IMG/VR virus record: IMGVR_UViG_3300048008_000449
Location: 140,773-204,772 of that record
DNA length: 64,000 nt
Direction: 5' to 3' (one strand)
The notes under the pieces are model-generated. The model saw only the letters and a program-made list of their open reading frames with translations. It ran no database searches and had not been told where the DNA came from. A program made the translations under genes and the position numbers. Each line of letters starts with the position of its first letter. Position 1 is the stretch's first letter. Positions 28,461 to 38,955 of the stretch are shown piece after piece.

Positions 28461-30878
28461 TTACGAAAGATCGCCAGTGTTTACAATTCTAATTGGAATG
28501 TAAATAAATTCTGCTGATTTTGTAGGCTCAATTGCTACGTCAACATAAAATTCATTTGCATCAATTCTTGCTGGTGTGTTATTTGTTGTATCACACACAA
28601 CTGCAAAATCGTAAATACCACGCTGTTGTAAAATGTTAGCTAGGAAACCATCAAATACTGCTTTAGCATTTGCACGTGTTCCTGCATCATTTGGTTCAAA
28701 TAAGAACGGTCTTGAAATAACTGCAAAACGCTCTCTTAGATAAGCTGTAAGTCTAGCTACGTTCACTCTGTCTAATGCTGAAGCAGTTGTATGAAGTGAT
28801 TTTTGACCAAATACAACAACGCCCTCTGCCGGGAATCTTGCAATTGGGTTCAATTTGTTATCATACATTGCATCTCTAGAACCTTGTGTTAGTGCTACTT
28901 TAACGAACTCGTCTTCGCTGTTTAAGTAACCAACGTTTGATGCGTTTTGTACAACACCACGTGTTAAACCTGCTGGTGCAAACCATTGGAATGACACATT
29001 ATCACTGTATGCATATGTGTATAATGCAATGTGTGATGCTGGTGCAACAACGCTATCGCCTGTTACTGGATTTGTAGTTAATGCGTGTGGGTAGTAAACT
29101 GCTGAATAAGTATTCTTAGTTACTAGTCCTTTTTCACCATTTTCAGTTGCCGCTGTTCCTTGAATCCAAGAAACTGCTTCTGTTGCATTTAAACGGAATG
29201 GAGCATCAACAATAACAAATGCTGTTTCGTCTTTGTCGCTGTTTAGTGTTACCATTTCGTCGTATAGTTCTGGATATGCTGGAGCTGCAATTAAACGGAA
29301 TTGAACTGTGTCTTCACGTAGTTCTGGTTTAGCTGCTGATGCTTGCATAGCTGTTGTGACAACTTTACGCTGAGCTAATCTACCAAATGAACCACTGCCA
29401 TCGGCTGCATTGCTTGCTTTGTTACGCCATTTCCAAGGTGTTGCTAGTGAACTATCATATTCTCTAACTGTGCTTGAAGATCTACACATGTTAATACCAG
29501 TTATTCCAACTGGATGTATTAGTGGATCTGGAGCACCTGCTAATAGAGTTGCTTCAAAGGCACCTGCTGCTGTAGCGTTGGCAGTAATGTCGCCAAATAC
29601 TATACCTGCACTTGTGCTTTGATCTGTACCATCTTTTAATATCCATGCTGTACCGTTATGTCTGTAAATTACAGGATAACCGTCTGCATCTGTATCTACC
29701 CAGTAATCACCATCTGATAGTGATCCACCGGATCCGTCTGTAGTTGGAGCAATAGTTACATACTGTACATCAGAAACTTTTTGCCATTTCTGTGTTCCAC
29801 TATCGCTTACTACTTCGTAAATTGCTAAGTCGTTAACATCTGGATCAAACCAAAGTGTACCATCTACTGGAGCACCTGTTGGTTGAGTTACTGATGCGTT
29901 CATTACAAATCCGCCTGTTGCTGTAGTTGGGTCTGTTGAGATGTCATCCCAATCATTACCAATACTGTCATAACGTTTAATTGAAATGTCTGAAGTAGCA
30001 GTGTCTAGCCAAATGTCGCCATCTGTTAATGTACGTGATGTTGCTGATGAACCATCTGCAAACGTATCACTTGTAGCACCAGTTGGTGCTGAAGCTTGTG
30101 CGTATGTTGCTTTTTCAGAAACAAATGCGTCAGCTACTGTTGTAAATAATTTAAGATCTACATTTAATCCGCTACCCGGTGTTGTTGTTTTAATCCATAC
30201 ATCACCTACTGATGGGCCTGCTGGCGCTGAGTAGTGTGGTGCGAATGTTGGTGTAACTGCTACCCATGCTGGGTTAGAGTCACCTACATAGTATTCAATT
30301 TTTGTGTCTGTTGTAGAATTTGCAACTGCTACAAGGTATTCACCTTGAGTTGCTGATGTGCTTGGAGCACTTCCATCTGTAAGTTCTACTGTTGGAGTTT
30401 TTTCTACCCAGCCTGCTGCTGAATATTCGAATATACCCCAACTTGAAGTTGAAGGGCTTACCCAATATGTATTATTTGCAGGATTACCTGTTGGTTCTGC
30501 TGAAAGTGGTCTCAATGCTGTTAAGTCTACATCAGAACGTACAATGTACGCCGCTGAACTTTGACCTAAAAATGAGTATGCTGCCAATAAACCGTATTCG
30601 TTAGTTTCATCACCTTGTGATACTGTGCCACTTACCTTACGGAAGTCGACATTACCAAAATATTGAGTTAATTCTCTTTGTGATGTAACTAGAACAGGTT
30701 GGTTTGAATTTGCAGACTTTGTAAATTTTGCAATACCATCGGTTTCAGTTAGGGTTGGATCAACCTTGTCCTGACCAGTGGCAATGAAAATCATTGGTAC
30801 AGTACCGGCACCGGCTGGACCGTAAACTGATTCGTCTGTTACTGTTACCTGGACGCCAGGTGAAACAAGATTTGCCAT
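28461..30878 (-). CDS. Contractile tail sheath gp18
   Basis: LVSPGVQV, WFAPAGLTRG, LNPI, FGQKS, DRVNVARL, FEPND, IEPTKSAEFIYIP. Confidence 0.97.
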   Translation of the reverse strand: MANLVSPGVQVTVTDESVYGPAGAGTVPMIFIATGQDKVDPTLTETDGIAKFTKSANSNQPVLVTSQRELTQYFGNVDFRKVSGTVSQGDETNEYGLLAAYSFLGQSSAAYIVRSDVDLTALRPLSAEPTGNPANNTYWVSPSTSSWGIFEYSAAGWVEKTPTVELTDGSAPSTSATQGEYLVAVANSTTDTKIEYYVGDSNPAWVAVTPTFAPHYSAPAGPSVGDVWIKTTTPGSGLNVDLKLFTTVADAFVSEKATYAQASAPTGATSDTFADGSSATSRTLTDGDIWLDTATSDISIKRYDSIGNDWDDISTDPTTATGGFVMNASVTQPTGAPVDGTLWFDPDVNDLAIYEVVSDSGTQKWQKVSDVQYVTIAPTTDGSGGSLSDGDYWVDTDADGYPVIYRHNGTAWILKDGTDQSTSAGIVFGDITANATAAGAFEATLLAGAPDPLIHPVGITGINMCRSSSTVREYDSSLATPWKWRNKASNAADGSGSFGRLAQRKVVTTAMQASAAKPELREDTVQFRLIAAPAYPELYDEMVTLNSDKDETAFVIVDAPFRLNATEAVSWIQGTAATENGEKGLVTKNTYSAVYYPHALTTNPVTGDSVVAPASHIALYTYAYSDNVSFQWFAPAGLTRGVVQNASNVGYLNSEDEFVKVALTQGSRDAMYDNKLNPIARFPAEGVVVFGQKSLHTTASALDRVNVARLTAYLRERFAVISRPFLFEPNDAGTRANAKAVFDGFLANILQQRGIYDFAVVCDTTNNTPARIDANEFYVDVAIEPTKSAEFIYIPIRIVNTGDLS

Positions 30879-30972
30879 ATTATAGCTCCTTTTCTATTTT
30901 AGAATATTATCTAAATTGTTATCTACATGTATTTATTTAGATTTTGGAAAAACAGCGGTTTATAGAGTTAAC

Positions 30973-31755
30973 TTAGCCTTTAATTTCAGCTAAAAGCTGA
31001 TCAAAACTTTCACATAGAATGTTTTCAAAATTATCACCCCAATGACCGTGAATAATCATATGAATTCTGTTTTCTGTACCAGTATTATGAACAGAATGCA
31101 ATCTACCTATATCGATTGCTCTAGCATCACCTGGTTCCCAAGGTACCATTCCTGCATCTTGCATGCAAAACTTTACTCCTGGTGGATTACTAAGTGCTAC
31201 GTTAAAGGCTGCTAAGTGTCTTTCTTTATAATCTAGATGTGGACTAATAAATCCACCCGGTTCTAGTAACATAAATCTAACTCTTTGATATTTTTTAAAA
31301 GGCCAGTGATTTTTAAGCCAATTAACTGTTACTGGGCACTTGTCTGCGATTTCTGTCCAACCAAATTCTGGTGCTTCGTCTTCTTTCCAAGCACCTTCTT
31401 CAACATAGTAATCATTGGGTTGTGTTTTATCCCATCCTTGACCATGTACAACTATACTGCTCCAACCGGGATTTATATCGCCTCGGTGTTTTACATACTC
31501 ACCTAAAAATTGCTCTGCTTCTTTTGCCATTTGGTAGTATGGTACATCTAATTGCATTTTTAATGTAGGACAATTAGCTTGTTTCATTATCCATCTAGAG
31601 TATGGTATTTTTTGTTTTTTATCTGTTTTCCAATTTAAGAATTCTTCAGGAGGTAATGCCATATTTTCATAGTGAGAAATATCGCCATTCTCTTCAAAAA
31701 ACTTTGTTACTTTTGCTAATTGTCTAATTCTTATTTCTTCTTTGTCTTGTTCCAT
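30973..31755 (-). CDS. Aspartyl/asparaginyl beta-hydroxylase-like
   Basis: RVRFMLLEPGGFISPHLD...HSVHNTGTENRIHMIIH. Confidence 0.85.
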   Translation of the reverse strand: MEQDKEEIRIRQLAKVTKFFEENGDISHYENMALPPEEFLNWKTDKKQKIPYSRWIMKQANCPTLKMQLDVPYYQMAKEAEQFLGEYVKHRGDINPGWSSIVVHGQGWDKTQPNDYYVEEGAWKEDEAPEFGWTEIADKCPVTVNWLKNHWPFKKYQRVRFMLLEPGGFISPHLDYKERHLAAFNVALSNPPGVKFCMQDAGMVPWEPGDARAIDIGRLHSVHNTGTENRIHMIIHGHWGDNFENILCESFDQLLAEIKG

Positions 31756-33182
31756 TTAAATAACTTTCCTATATTCCACGGTGCAATTTTATCCCACTCT
31801 GGCATTCTATCAATGTGATGTTGTATCCAATTATATCCACCAGCTTCTGTAGCTGGACAAGTTGAGTACACTAACATATCGTTATCACTGTTATAATTAT
31901 ATTTATATATAGCATGTAATAATTCTCTATGGATTTTATATCTTTCTTCTAATGTATACCATTTAGCTGTAACTTCATAATGAAATATATTACTTAGGTG
32001 TACATAGGTTGATCCTTGTCTCTGTGGTCGACATTTTATTGCAAATTTATCATGCTTATGTGTATTAAGCAAATTCTGATGATAATAATTTATGTTTAGT
32101 TTTGGAAATACTGTGCGATACCATTCTAGAAATCCTTCTTTATATATTTCATCTAGATGTTCTTCTGTATATTTTATTTGCTTAATACCTTTGAAGTATT
32201 CAAATTTACTATCATACTTTCCTACTCTACTATCCATAAAGTTATTTGCAAACTGCGTAAAGTTAGTTCCATCCCATTCTTCAATTATCTGTTGCATACA
32301 CCCTAGTGCATGTCTACTTACATCATATATCCATAATGTATCACCTTCTACTAATCCTTTGTCAAATGCAAAGAATATAGGAGATATTCCAGATGCTGGA
32401 GCAACTACTTTAGTAAATTTCTTAACTGGTGTGTCTTTTGGTGGTACAACATTTCTTCCATTTTCTGTATTAGCTATAAAGAAAATGTTTGGATTTGAAA
32501 TTGTTAATGTTTCATGTATATTTCTAAAACCGTCTTGCTTAACTTCACCATATGTATAACCTTTTGATGACCTTACATCTTCATTCCATGATATTATTTT
32601 GTGATTATCTCTTAGAAGGTGTTCTATTATATTCCACCCGCCTTGTTTTCCTGTATATGTTCTTAAATTATTACCAGGTCCTATCCAATATGGTGTATAT
32701 CCATCATGATGATTGTTTTCACTACGTATTGGTTCTGGAAGTTGATATGGTTCAACATTATCTTCATGATTACCCCACTCTGGCTTACCTGCTGACTGCC
32801 ACCATTCTAAGTCAATTAAAAAACATTGTGGATGTATTGAATAATAATCATCTCCTTTATCTAATACATGTCCAATAAGTTTAGCATCTATATTTTCTTC
32901 GTAAAATTTAGGAAATCTTTCTTCAAAGTCGTGTAATATAACACCCTGTTTAAATACAACCATCTTTTTAAAACCATTGCTAAGTGCTTTTTCAAATAAA
33001 TCTACAATTTTTTCTTCTGCATATTGTTTATTACAAAAGAATGATAATTCTATAGACCAAAAGTCAAGTGTTGCTTTTGAAAAATGCGTTAAATAGTCAG
33101 ACTTTATATTATTATTGTAAAGCCAACCTATACATAATTCATTGCTTTCAGTTTTTTGTCTCCACCAATCTTTTTTAAACAT
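31731..33182 (-). CDS. Hypothetical two-domain enzyme (GT-like N-terminus, SAM-binding-like C-terminus), paralogue B
   Basis: Collinear with 33175-34641; VVAPASG..YDVS and HLSNIFHY. Confidence 0.5.
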   Translation of the reverse strand: MFKKDWWRQKTESNELCIGWLYNNNIKSDYLTHFSKATLDFWSIELSFFCNKQYAEEKIVDLFEKALSNGFKKMVVFKQGVILHDFEERFPKFYEENIDAKLIGHVLDKGDDYYSIHPQCFLIDLEWWQSAGKPEWGNHEDNVEPYQLPEPIRSENNHHDGYTPYWIGPGNNLRTYTGKQGGWNIIEHLLRDNHKIISWNEDVRSSKGYTYGEVKQDGFRNIHETLTISNPNIFFIANTENGRNVVPPKDTPVKKFTKVVAPASGISPIFFAFDKGLVEGDTLWIYDVSRHALGCMQQIIEEWDGTNFTQFANNFMDSRVGKYDSKFEYFKGIKQIKYTEEHLDEIYKEGFLEWYRTVFPKLNINYYHQNLLNTHKHDKFAIKCRPQRQGSTYVHLSNIFHYEVTAKWYTLEERYKIHRELLHAIYKYNYNSDNDMLVYSTCPATEAGGYNWIQHHIDRMPEWDKIAPWNIGKLFKWNKTKKK

Positions 33183-34641
33183 TTTTATTCCACTTTAATA
33201 ACTTCTGTAAGTAATTATCAGGAATTTCTGTAAATTTATCCATTTCTTGTTTATCAATCCATACTAGATTTGGATGTGTAAGAGTTCCACGTGATGATAA
33301 CACTAAAACGTTATTCTGATATGAGCTATCTTTAATCTTGCCCATTAATTCATTATGTAATTCCCATCGTTGCTGTAAACTATAATAAAACGAAGTAGGT
33401 AAGTAATGAAATATGTTACTTAGATAACAAAATGTTATTGGATGACGTAATCTATCTGTTTTAAAAGAATTAACAAATCCTTGATATGTATTTGGATCAA
33501 AAATGTTAATTGGCAAATAAACTACTTCAATCTCTGGTAATACTTCAGTTATCCATTTTTGAAATCCACGTTCATTTAATTTATCAAATACTTCTTGTGT
33601 ATGTGGTAACTTATTTTTTCCTCTAAATATATCTCTTTGGTATTTTTCATCTGGTGCTAATTTATTCATTAAGTCAGTAGCAAATTTTTCGTAATTAGTA
33701 CCGTCCCATTGTTCAATAATTGTTTTTGTAATATTAATAGCAAATTTACTAATATCGTAAACAAGTATCTTACTGTATTTGTCACATCCTAGTTCAAATG
33801 CATATATTAATGGTGTTAATCCTGCGGCCGGTACAACTAGTGTATCCCATTTTTCGTCCCATTCTGGATATTGTAATTTTCTTCTTTCAACTTCAAGATG
33901 AATATCTCTCAATGGCTCAGTATTAGCAATAAAGAATATGTCTAAATCAATCTGTTCCATAACACCTGATAAATGTCTTGGTCCATCTTCTTTTACTTCT
34001 GGATAAGAATAATGTTTCTCATCTCTAATATTTTTATTCCACGATAGAATTCGTTGTTGGTCATCTAATAAAGACTTTACTAAATTCCAACCTGTATGTT
34101 TTGCATTATATGTTTTAGTATTTTTACCTGGTCCAATCCAATGAGGGGTATAATCATCATGCCAATTTGATATACTTCTAGCAGGTTCAATTGTTTCTAA
34201 TGATTTAGCTTCTGGTGAACCCCAAGCTGGCTTGCCTGCTTTTACCCACCATTCAACATCAAGCATAAATGCTTGTGGATGTAAAGAATAATATTCATCG
34301 CCTTTATCAACTATATGTCCAATAAATGTTGCATCTTTATTTTCTTCATAAAATTTTACAAACTGTTCTTTAAAATTAGATAAAGGAGTTGTTCCTTGTT
34401 TGAACACTAATATCTTTTTATATTTCTTCTCAACTGCATCTTCTAACAAACCTTCTATAGTATCATTGGCCATTTGTTCGTGGAAATAGAATCCCAATTC
34501 CATTGACCAATAATCTGTTAAGTTTTTAGTGTATCCTCGAGCGAAGTCATCTTTAATGCTATTGTTATATAGCCAGCCAAACCCTAATTCTTTTGATTTA
34601 CTTTTATGTTGCCACCATTGATGCCCAAACATGTTTAACAT
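33175..34641 (-). CDS. Hypothetical two-domain enzyme, paralogue A
   Basis: GHIVD..YYSLHPQ, HDDYTPHWI, VVPAAG..YDIS, YLSNIFHY. Confidence 0.5.
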   Translation of the reverse strand: MLNMFGHQWWQHKSKSKELGFGWLYNNSIKDDFARGYTKNLTDYWSMELGFYFHEQMANDTIEGLLEDAVEKKYKKILVFKQGTTPLSNFKEQFVKFYEENKDATFIGHIVDKGDEYYSLHPQAFMLDVEWWVKAGKPAWGSPEAKSLETIEPARSISNWHDDYTPHWIGPGKNTKTYNAKHTGWNLVKSLLDDQQRILSWNKNIRDEKHYSYPEVKEDGPRHLSGVMEQIDLDIFFIANTEPLRDIHLEVERRKLQYPEWDEKWDTLVVPAAGLTPLIYAFELGCDKYSKILVYDISKFAINITKTIIEQWDGTNYEKFATDLMNKLAPDEKYQRDIFRGKNKLPHTQEVFDKLNERGFQKWITEVLPEIEVVYLPINIFDPNTYQGFVNSFKTDRLRHPITFCYLSNIFHYLPTSFYYSLQQRWELHNELMGKIKDSSYQNNVLVLSSRGTLTHPNLVWIDKQEMDKFTEIPDNYLQKLLKWNKNV

Positions 34642-34669
34642 ATATATTTCCTTTATAGTATATGTTTAT

Positions 34670-35302
34670 TTATTCTATAATTTTTTGCAGAGTTTGAGAC
34701 TTAAAATTTTCTAATGTAGATGTGTTAGTTAAGTTAATATCAAAATTCCAACCTGCCCAACTCCATTCGCTTTTATGTACATCAGGAAAAACAACAGACA
34801 TACTGTTATGTTCAACATTATTTGCACCTGCTTGATTAATACTAGAAGCAGTAGCCCACCATAATGGTTTCTCATTTCTCCAAACAACTGCTGTTGTTCC
34901 ACCTAATTTTTTAATTGCTTTAAGTTCATTAAAAAATCTACAGTCACTAATAACAACATTTTTTGTACACATCTCAATTTGACGTTCACATGCCGCAACC
35001 CAGATATCTGGATGGAAATGTGTTCTCAAAACATCAGTGCCTACGTGTTGTAATGCAAATCTTGGAGTAAAATTAGGAATATCTAAACGCTCAGCCCACC
35101 ACTCATCAACAGTTTCTCTCCATACTCTACTTTCTGATGTATTTCCTTCTAGTAGGATTCTGTCCCAACCAAATATATTTGCACATGCATCTTTTAATAC
35201 TCCTGCAAAACTAATACGTTGAAAGCCTTCTTCGATGAGAAAACCTGCGGCGGTGTCTTTTCCGTGACCAATAAGGCCACATATACCAATTACTTTTTTC
35301 AT
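34670..35302 (-). CDS. Deoxynucleoside monophosphate kinase (gp1-like)
   Basis: GLIGHGKDT, SFAGVLKD, TPRFALQHVGTD, SDCRFFNE. Confidence 0.92.
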   Translation of the reverse strand: MKKVIGICGLIGHGKDTAAGFLIEEGFQRISFAGVLKDACANIFGWDRILLEGNTSESRVWRETVDEWWAERLDIPNFTPRFALQHVGTDVLRTHFHPDIWVAACERQIEMCTKNVVISDCRFFNELKAIKKLGGTTAVVWRNEKPLWWATASSINQAGANNVEHNSMSVVFPDVHKSEWSWAGWNFDINLTNTSTLENFKSQTLQKIIE

Positions 35303-35308
35303 AAATTT

Positions 35309-35337
35309 ATTATAGTGGGTTTTTAATTATTTGTCAA
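35309..35337 (-). promoter_or_regulatory. Sigma70-type promoter of a leaderless dNMP kinase
   Basis: TTGACA-17-TATAAT-6 nt-ATG. Confidence 0.8.
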
Positions 35338-35962
35338 TAACAAAGTTATTGTTTCTAAGTTTTTCAACTACGTCTTCAAACTTCTCACCTAATACTTTAA
35401 TTCTTAGGTAAATTCTTTCTCTTTTAATAGTAGGTACACCGTGTACAGTCATTCCATTAAATAATGTAGGGTGCTTATTGCTATAGTAGTGATTATATTC
35501 AATATCTAAATCATTCCATCCATATTTCTTTTCATAGTTAACATTTCTTTCTGGGGTAACTCCAACTCTACTATAAAAACTAATTGGTTCGCCTGCATCT
35601 TCTGGCATAATAGGAAACATTATTCCACACCACATGTAATGATCAGTATGAGGGTGAAAGCTATAACCTGGATCGTAATGTAATAAATCAATGTCACGTG
35701 GAGCAATAGGTTGTTTGAAGTTAAACATATTAACGTATTTTTCTATTACTGGATAATCAAGTAAGTTTTTGCCTTCAGTTTTTTGTACTGCAATAGCGTT
35801 CATACCTGTTCTGCCTTTGAACTCTCTCTTTTCTGGAGAAAGGTATTGCATATAATCTCCAAATTGCATTATATTATGTTTATGTTGATTTACAAAATCT
35901 AATAGTTCTAACCTATCGTATGTTACTTCGTCGATAGTACAGTGGTGATTACCAAGTTGCAT
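35327..35962 (-). CDS. Cupin/2OG-Fe(II) oxygenase-like
   Basis: PGYSFHPHTD...FNGMTVHGV...RIYLR. Confidence 0.65.
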   Translation of the reverse strand: MQLGNHHCTIDEVTYDRLELLDFVNQHKHNIMQFGDYMQYLSPEKREFKGRTGMNAIAVQKTEGKNLLDYPVIEKYVNMFNFKQPIAPRDIDLLHYDPGYSFHPHTDHYMWCGIMFPIMPEDAGEPISFYSRVGVTPERNVNYEKKYGWNDLDIEYNHYYSNKHPTLFNGMTVHGVPTIKRERIYLRIKVLGEKFEDVVEKLRNNNFVIDK

Positions 35963-35965
35963 TTT

Positions 35966-36703
35966 TTACCCTATTACAAAGCCAAGTCCTGTACTTCCAT
36001 CGTTGTATAATGTTAGTTCAGTTTCTAATTTATCAATTTCTGCTTGTGCGTCTGCTCTAAGTTGATCTGCGTTCATTGTAGTACCACCTTGTGGTCCTGC
36101 AATCTGTGTAAATTTACCACGTGCTTCTGATAAGATCATTTTAGCATGAGCAAATGCATAATCTTTTAACCAAGGTCCTGCATATGTATCTTCTAATAAA
36201 CTTTCTGTTGGTCTATAATTGTAGCAATGCAATACTGCATTGTCATTTGCTTTAATTTTACGCTGTAAAATTAATTTTTTATCTTGAGGTCTCCAAGTAA
36301 ACATTATTTCAGCACCAAATAGTCTACCCATTGTTTCTCTATTCTGTTGTAAGAAATCAAATGATGCTAATCCACCATTTCTACTACTTCCTAATAGGTA
36401 CGTATTAATGTAAGCGGCTTGGAATGGTTCTATATCGTTACCTGTTCCACTACTTACACCAGTTGTTCTACGATAAATGTCACGAACTTCCATTACTTCT
36501 TCAGGTAAAGTATATTCACTTTGATCCTTTATCATATCTAATATAATAAAGCTCTCCTCAACTGCGTTTTCTGCACGTTGTCTATACTTTGATAAAGATT
36601 TGTCTATTGCTAGCTCATAATGTTCCGGATCTAGCTCAACATCAATCATTCCACCACCTAGGCGAAGTTCTATTTCTTTTTGAAGTTTGTTTGATGCACT
36701 CAT
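35966..36703 (-). CDS. Neck protein gp13-like
   Basis: RLGGGMIDVELD, WLKDY, RGKF..IAGPQGGTTMN. Confidence 0.9.
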   Translation of the reverse strand: MSASNKLQKEIELRLGGGMIDVELDPEHYELAIDKSLSKYRQRAENAVEESFIILDMIKDQSEYTLPEEVMEVRDIYRRTTGVSSGTGNDIEPFQAAYINTYLLGSSRNGGLASFDFLQQNRETMGRLFGAEIMFTWRPQDKKLILQRKIKANDNAVLHCYNYRPTESLLEDTYAGPWLKDYAFAHAKMILSEARGKFTQIAGPQGGTTMNADQLRADAQAEIDKLETELTLYNDGSTGLGFVIG

Positions 36704-36741
36704 TTACGTTATTCTCCTGCTGTATGTATTTATCATAACAA

Positions 36742-37461
36742 CTAGAAATTTATTGTACGTTTACCAATCCTGACAGGGTTATTTAAACACTCTTCTAGAT
36801 ATTTTCTAGCTACATTTTGCCATATTGGGTACTGCTCGTCTTTAATATCATCAATAAACAGTAATTGTTCAAAATTTGTATCTTTATATAATGAACAATA
36901 ATGTTTAATATATGTAGTGTCTACTAGTTTAAGTTCGTCTTTAAATGAACTTGTATTAATTATGCCAGGTGTGTGATCGGTATATGTTAATCCATTCCAA
37001 GCATCATTGACATTTTGAAAACGAGTATATGGCTGATCAGCATCTGGATAATTATAGTCTATGTATATAATTTCATTTACTGCTTGGCGTTGTGCCCATC
37101 TTGCAAACAGTCTGCTTTTACCAGGATGAACATTAACTCTACCAGGAATCCAATATGCAACTGGCTTGTAAATTATATCTTGATCTGCCATATGCAAATT
37201 CTGTACTACATATCTGCATTGCTGTCCTGTCTGCATATGGAAAAAATTTTTACTATTGTTAATATAGTATTCGTAATGTTCATCTATTTCTTTCCAATTT
37301 TTTCTTACAAACCTTACCCAAGGTGCAAGAGTAGAGTATAATATTTCTGGAATACTTAGACTATAATTTCTAATATTAGATGCGTCGAAATAACCTATGT
37401 TTCCGCCGCATTCTATATGATTGTCATACCATTTTACAAAGTCATTATATGCATTATCCAT
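36742..37461 (-). CDS. Hypothetical protein
   Basis: 239 aa; VHPGKSRL is weakly ParB/Srx-like. Confidence 0.55.
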   Translation of the reverse strand: MDNAYNDFVKWYDNHIECGGNIGYFDASNIRNYSLSIPEILYSTLAPWVRFVRKNWKEIDEHYEYYINNSKNFFHMQTGQQCRYVVQNLHMADQDIIYKPVAYWIPGRVNVHPGKSRLFARWAQRQAVNEIIYIDYNYPDADQPYTRFQNVNDAWNGLTYTDHTPGIINTSSFKDELKLVDTTYIKHYCSLYKDTNFEQLLFIDDIKDEQYPIWQNVARKYLEECLNNPVRIGKRTINF

Positions 37462-37465
37462 GCAA

Positions 37466-38758
37466 TTATTTATTAAATGTTGCTAGTAGTATAACTTCGC
37501 CGTTTACTCGACCGTTTAGTTTAGTTTCTGTTGTCTTTAATGTTTCGAACAACTTTTCTGTTTTAGATCTTGTAGCTTTTTTAACTTCTGGTAAGAATTC
37601 AGCAGGTTTACGAACAGTACGTTGTACACTTTTGTCTTCATCGTAACCTATTATAGTAGTTCCTTTAACACTTAGTCCACTACCTTCACGTTTTAATCCC
37701 ATAGGATCTACATTCTTAGCATAATACATTCCTATCTTACGGTTCTTAGTGTTAAAAACCACCAGTATTCGGGCGTAAACAATATCTGCTGGTGTTATGC
37801 TACCTAAACCATAATCAGTGTCTGTTTGCTTAAATTTGAGCTTCTTAACAATATCTTCTGGACTCTTTGTACGAGTCTTACGTGGCTTACGATTTGCTTT
37901 ACTTTCTGCTTCAACAATATCACATGCATCTACTATTTTACGATATACTTCTAATAGTGCTTTTTTCTGTTGAGCATTAAGGTGATTATATCCTTCTTCT
38001 AATTGTTCACGCCAGTCATCAATTTTATCTTTAGGAATTTTAGTATTAAGTTCTGTGTATTCTTCTAATCCGTGAATATACCCTTTACGTATAATACGTG
38101 CATGAGCTTGCTTAACACCTGCTCTACGAAACATCTCAACTGGAGCAAAGTCTTTTACAAATTTTAAATCATAACCTGAGTTAACCCAGTCGTCTAAAAA
38201 TTGTTCAACTTCATCAGTCATTTGCATTGCGGCTTTATGAAGCAAATCTTGTATTGTAGGTTTATATACATTCGCTGTTCGTTTAGCTTCTGCTTCTGCT
38301 AATTTTTCAGCTTCTTCTACAAACGTTGAACCTTCTTCAATTGCATTAGTAATACGTGATTTAATATATGTAGAAATTGGCTGAGGTGTACCGCCTGTAC
38401 CAGGAAGACTTTCCCAATATGCATTCCATGCTAGGTGTATATCAGGACAACCCATTGTAAGCATACGACAGTAATATCCTGTTACTGCACTAAGTGATTG
38501 GCTTTTTGCTGCCTTTACACATTTAATATCTTTTTTTGTATAATCATTTGCAAGCATCCAATCATATGCATACTCAACTAAATCGCTTGCTTTATAATTA
38601 CGATAATAATATTCAGTTGCATGTTGTCTTTTAACATGATATTCTTTACCAGACCAACCGTCTGCACCCTCCCATGAAGGATCTTGTAATGAACCTTTAC
38701 GGATTCGTTGTGAAGGTGCTCTTGCTTTTTTCTTTTTAGTAGCTTTGGGTAATGCCAT
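37466..38758 (-). CDS. Hypothetical early protein
   Basis: 430 aa with basic ends; GGAG RBS; downstream of a sigma70-type promoter. Confidence 0.65.
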   Translation of the reverse strand: MALPKATKKKKARAPSQRIRKGSLQDPSWEGADGWSGKEYHVKRQHATEYYYRNYKASDLVEYAYDWMLANDYTKKDIKCVKAAKSQSLSAVTGYYCRMLTMGCPDIHLAWNAYWESLPGTGGTPQPISTYIKSRITNAIEEGSTFVEEAEKLAEAEAKRTANVYKPTIQDLLHKAAMQMTDEVEQFLDDWVNSGYDLKFVKDFAPVEMFRRAGVKQAHARIIRKGYIHGLEEYTELNTKIPKDKIDDWREQLEEGYNHLNAQQKKALLEVYRKIVDACDIVEAESKANRKPRKTRTKSPEDIVKKLKFKQTDTDYGLGSITPADIVYARILVVFNTKNRKIGMYYAKNVDPMGLKREGSGLSVKGTTIIGYDEDKSVQRTVRKPAEFLPEVKKATRSKTEKLFETLKTTETKLNGRVNGEVILLATFNK

Positions 38759-38761
38759 TGC

Positions 38762-38899
38762 TTATACTCCGTGATAATCTTCGAACATATGACGATCTAG
38801 TTCGTCTGCTTTATTTTGATACTTATCAATTAAAGACAAAACTTCGTCGGTTTGAGGTAATTTTTTTAATTCTTCGATGAATTCTAACAACTCCATCAT
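38762..38899 (-). CDS. 45-aa small protein MMELLEFIEELKKLPQTDEVLSLIDKYQNKADELDRHMFEDYHGV
   Basis: Translated by hand; AGGAG RBS; promoter at 38927-38955. Confidence 0.7.
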   Translation of the reverse strand: MMELLEFIEELKKLPQTDEVLSLIDKYQNKADELDRHMFEDYHGV

Positions 38900-38926
38900 A
38901 GTATGATTACTCCTGTGAATGTTCTA

Positions 38927-38955
38927 AGTATACGGCTTCTAGTTTATAGTGTCAA
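38927..38955 (-). promoter_or_regulatory. Sigma70-type promoter
   Basis: TTGACA-17-TATACT. Confidence 0.8.
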
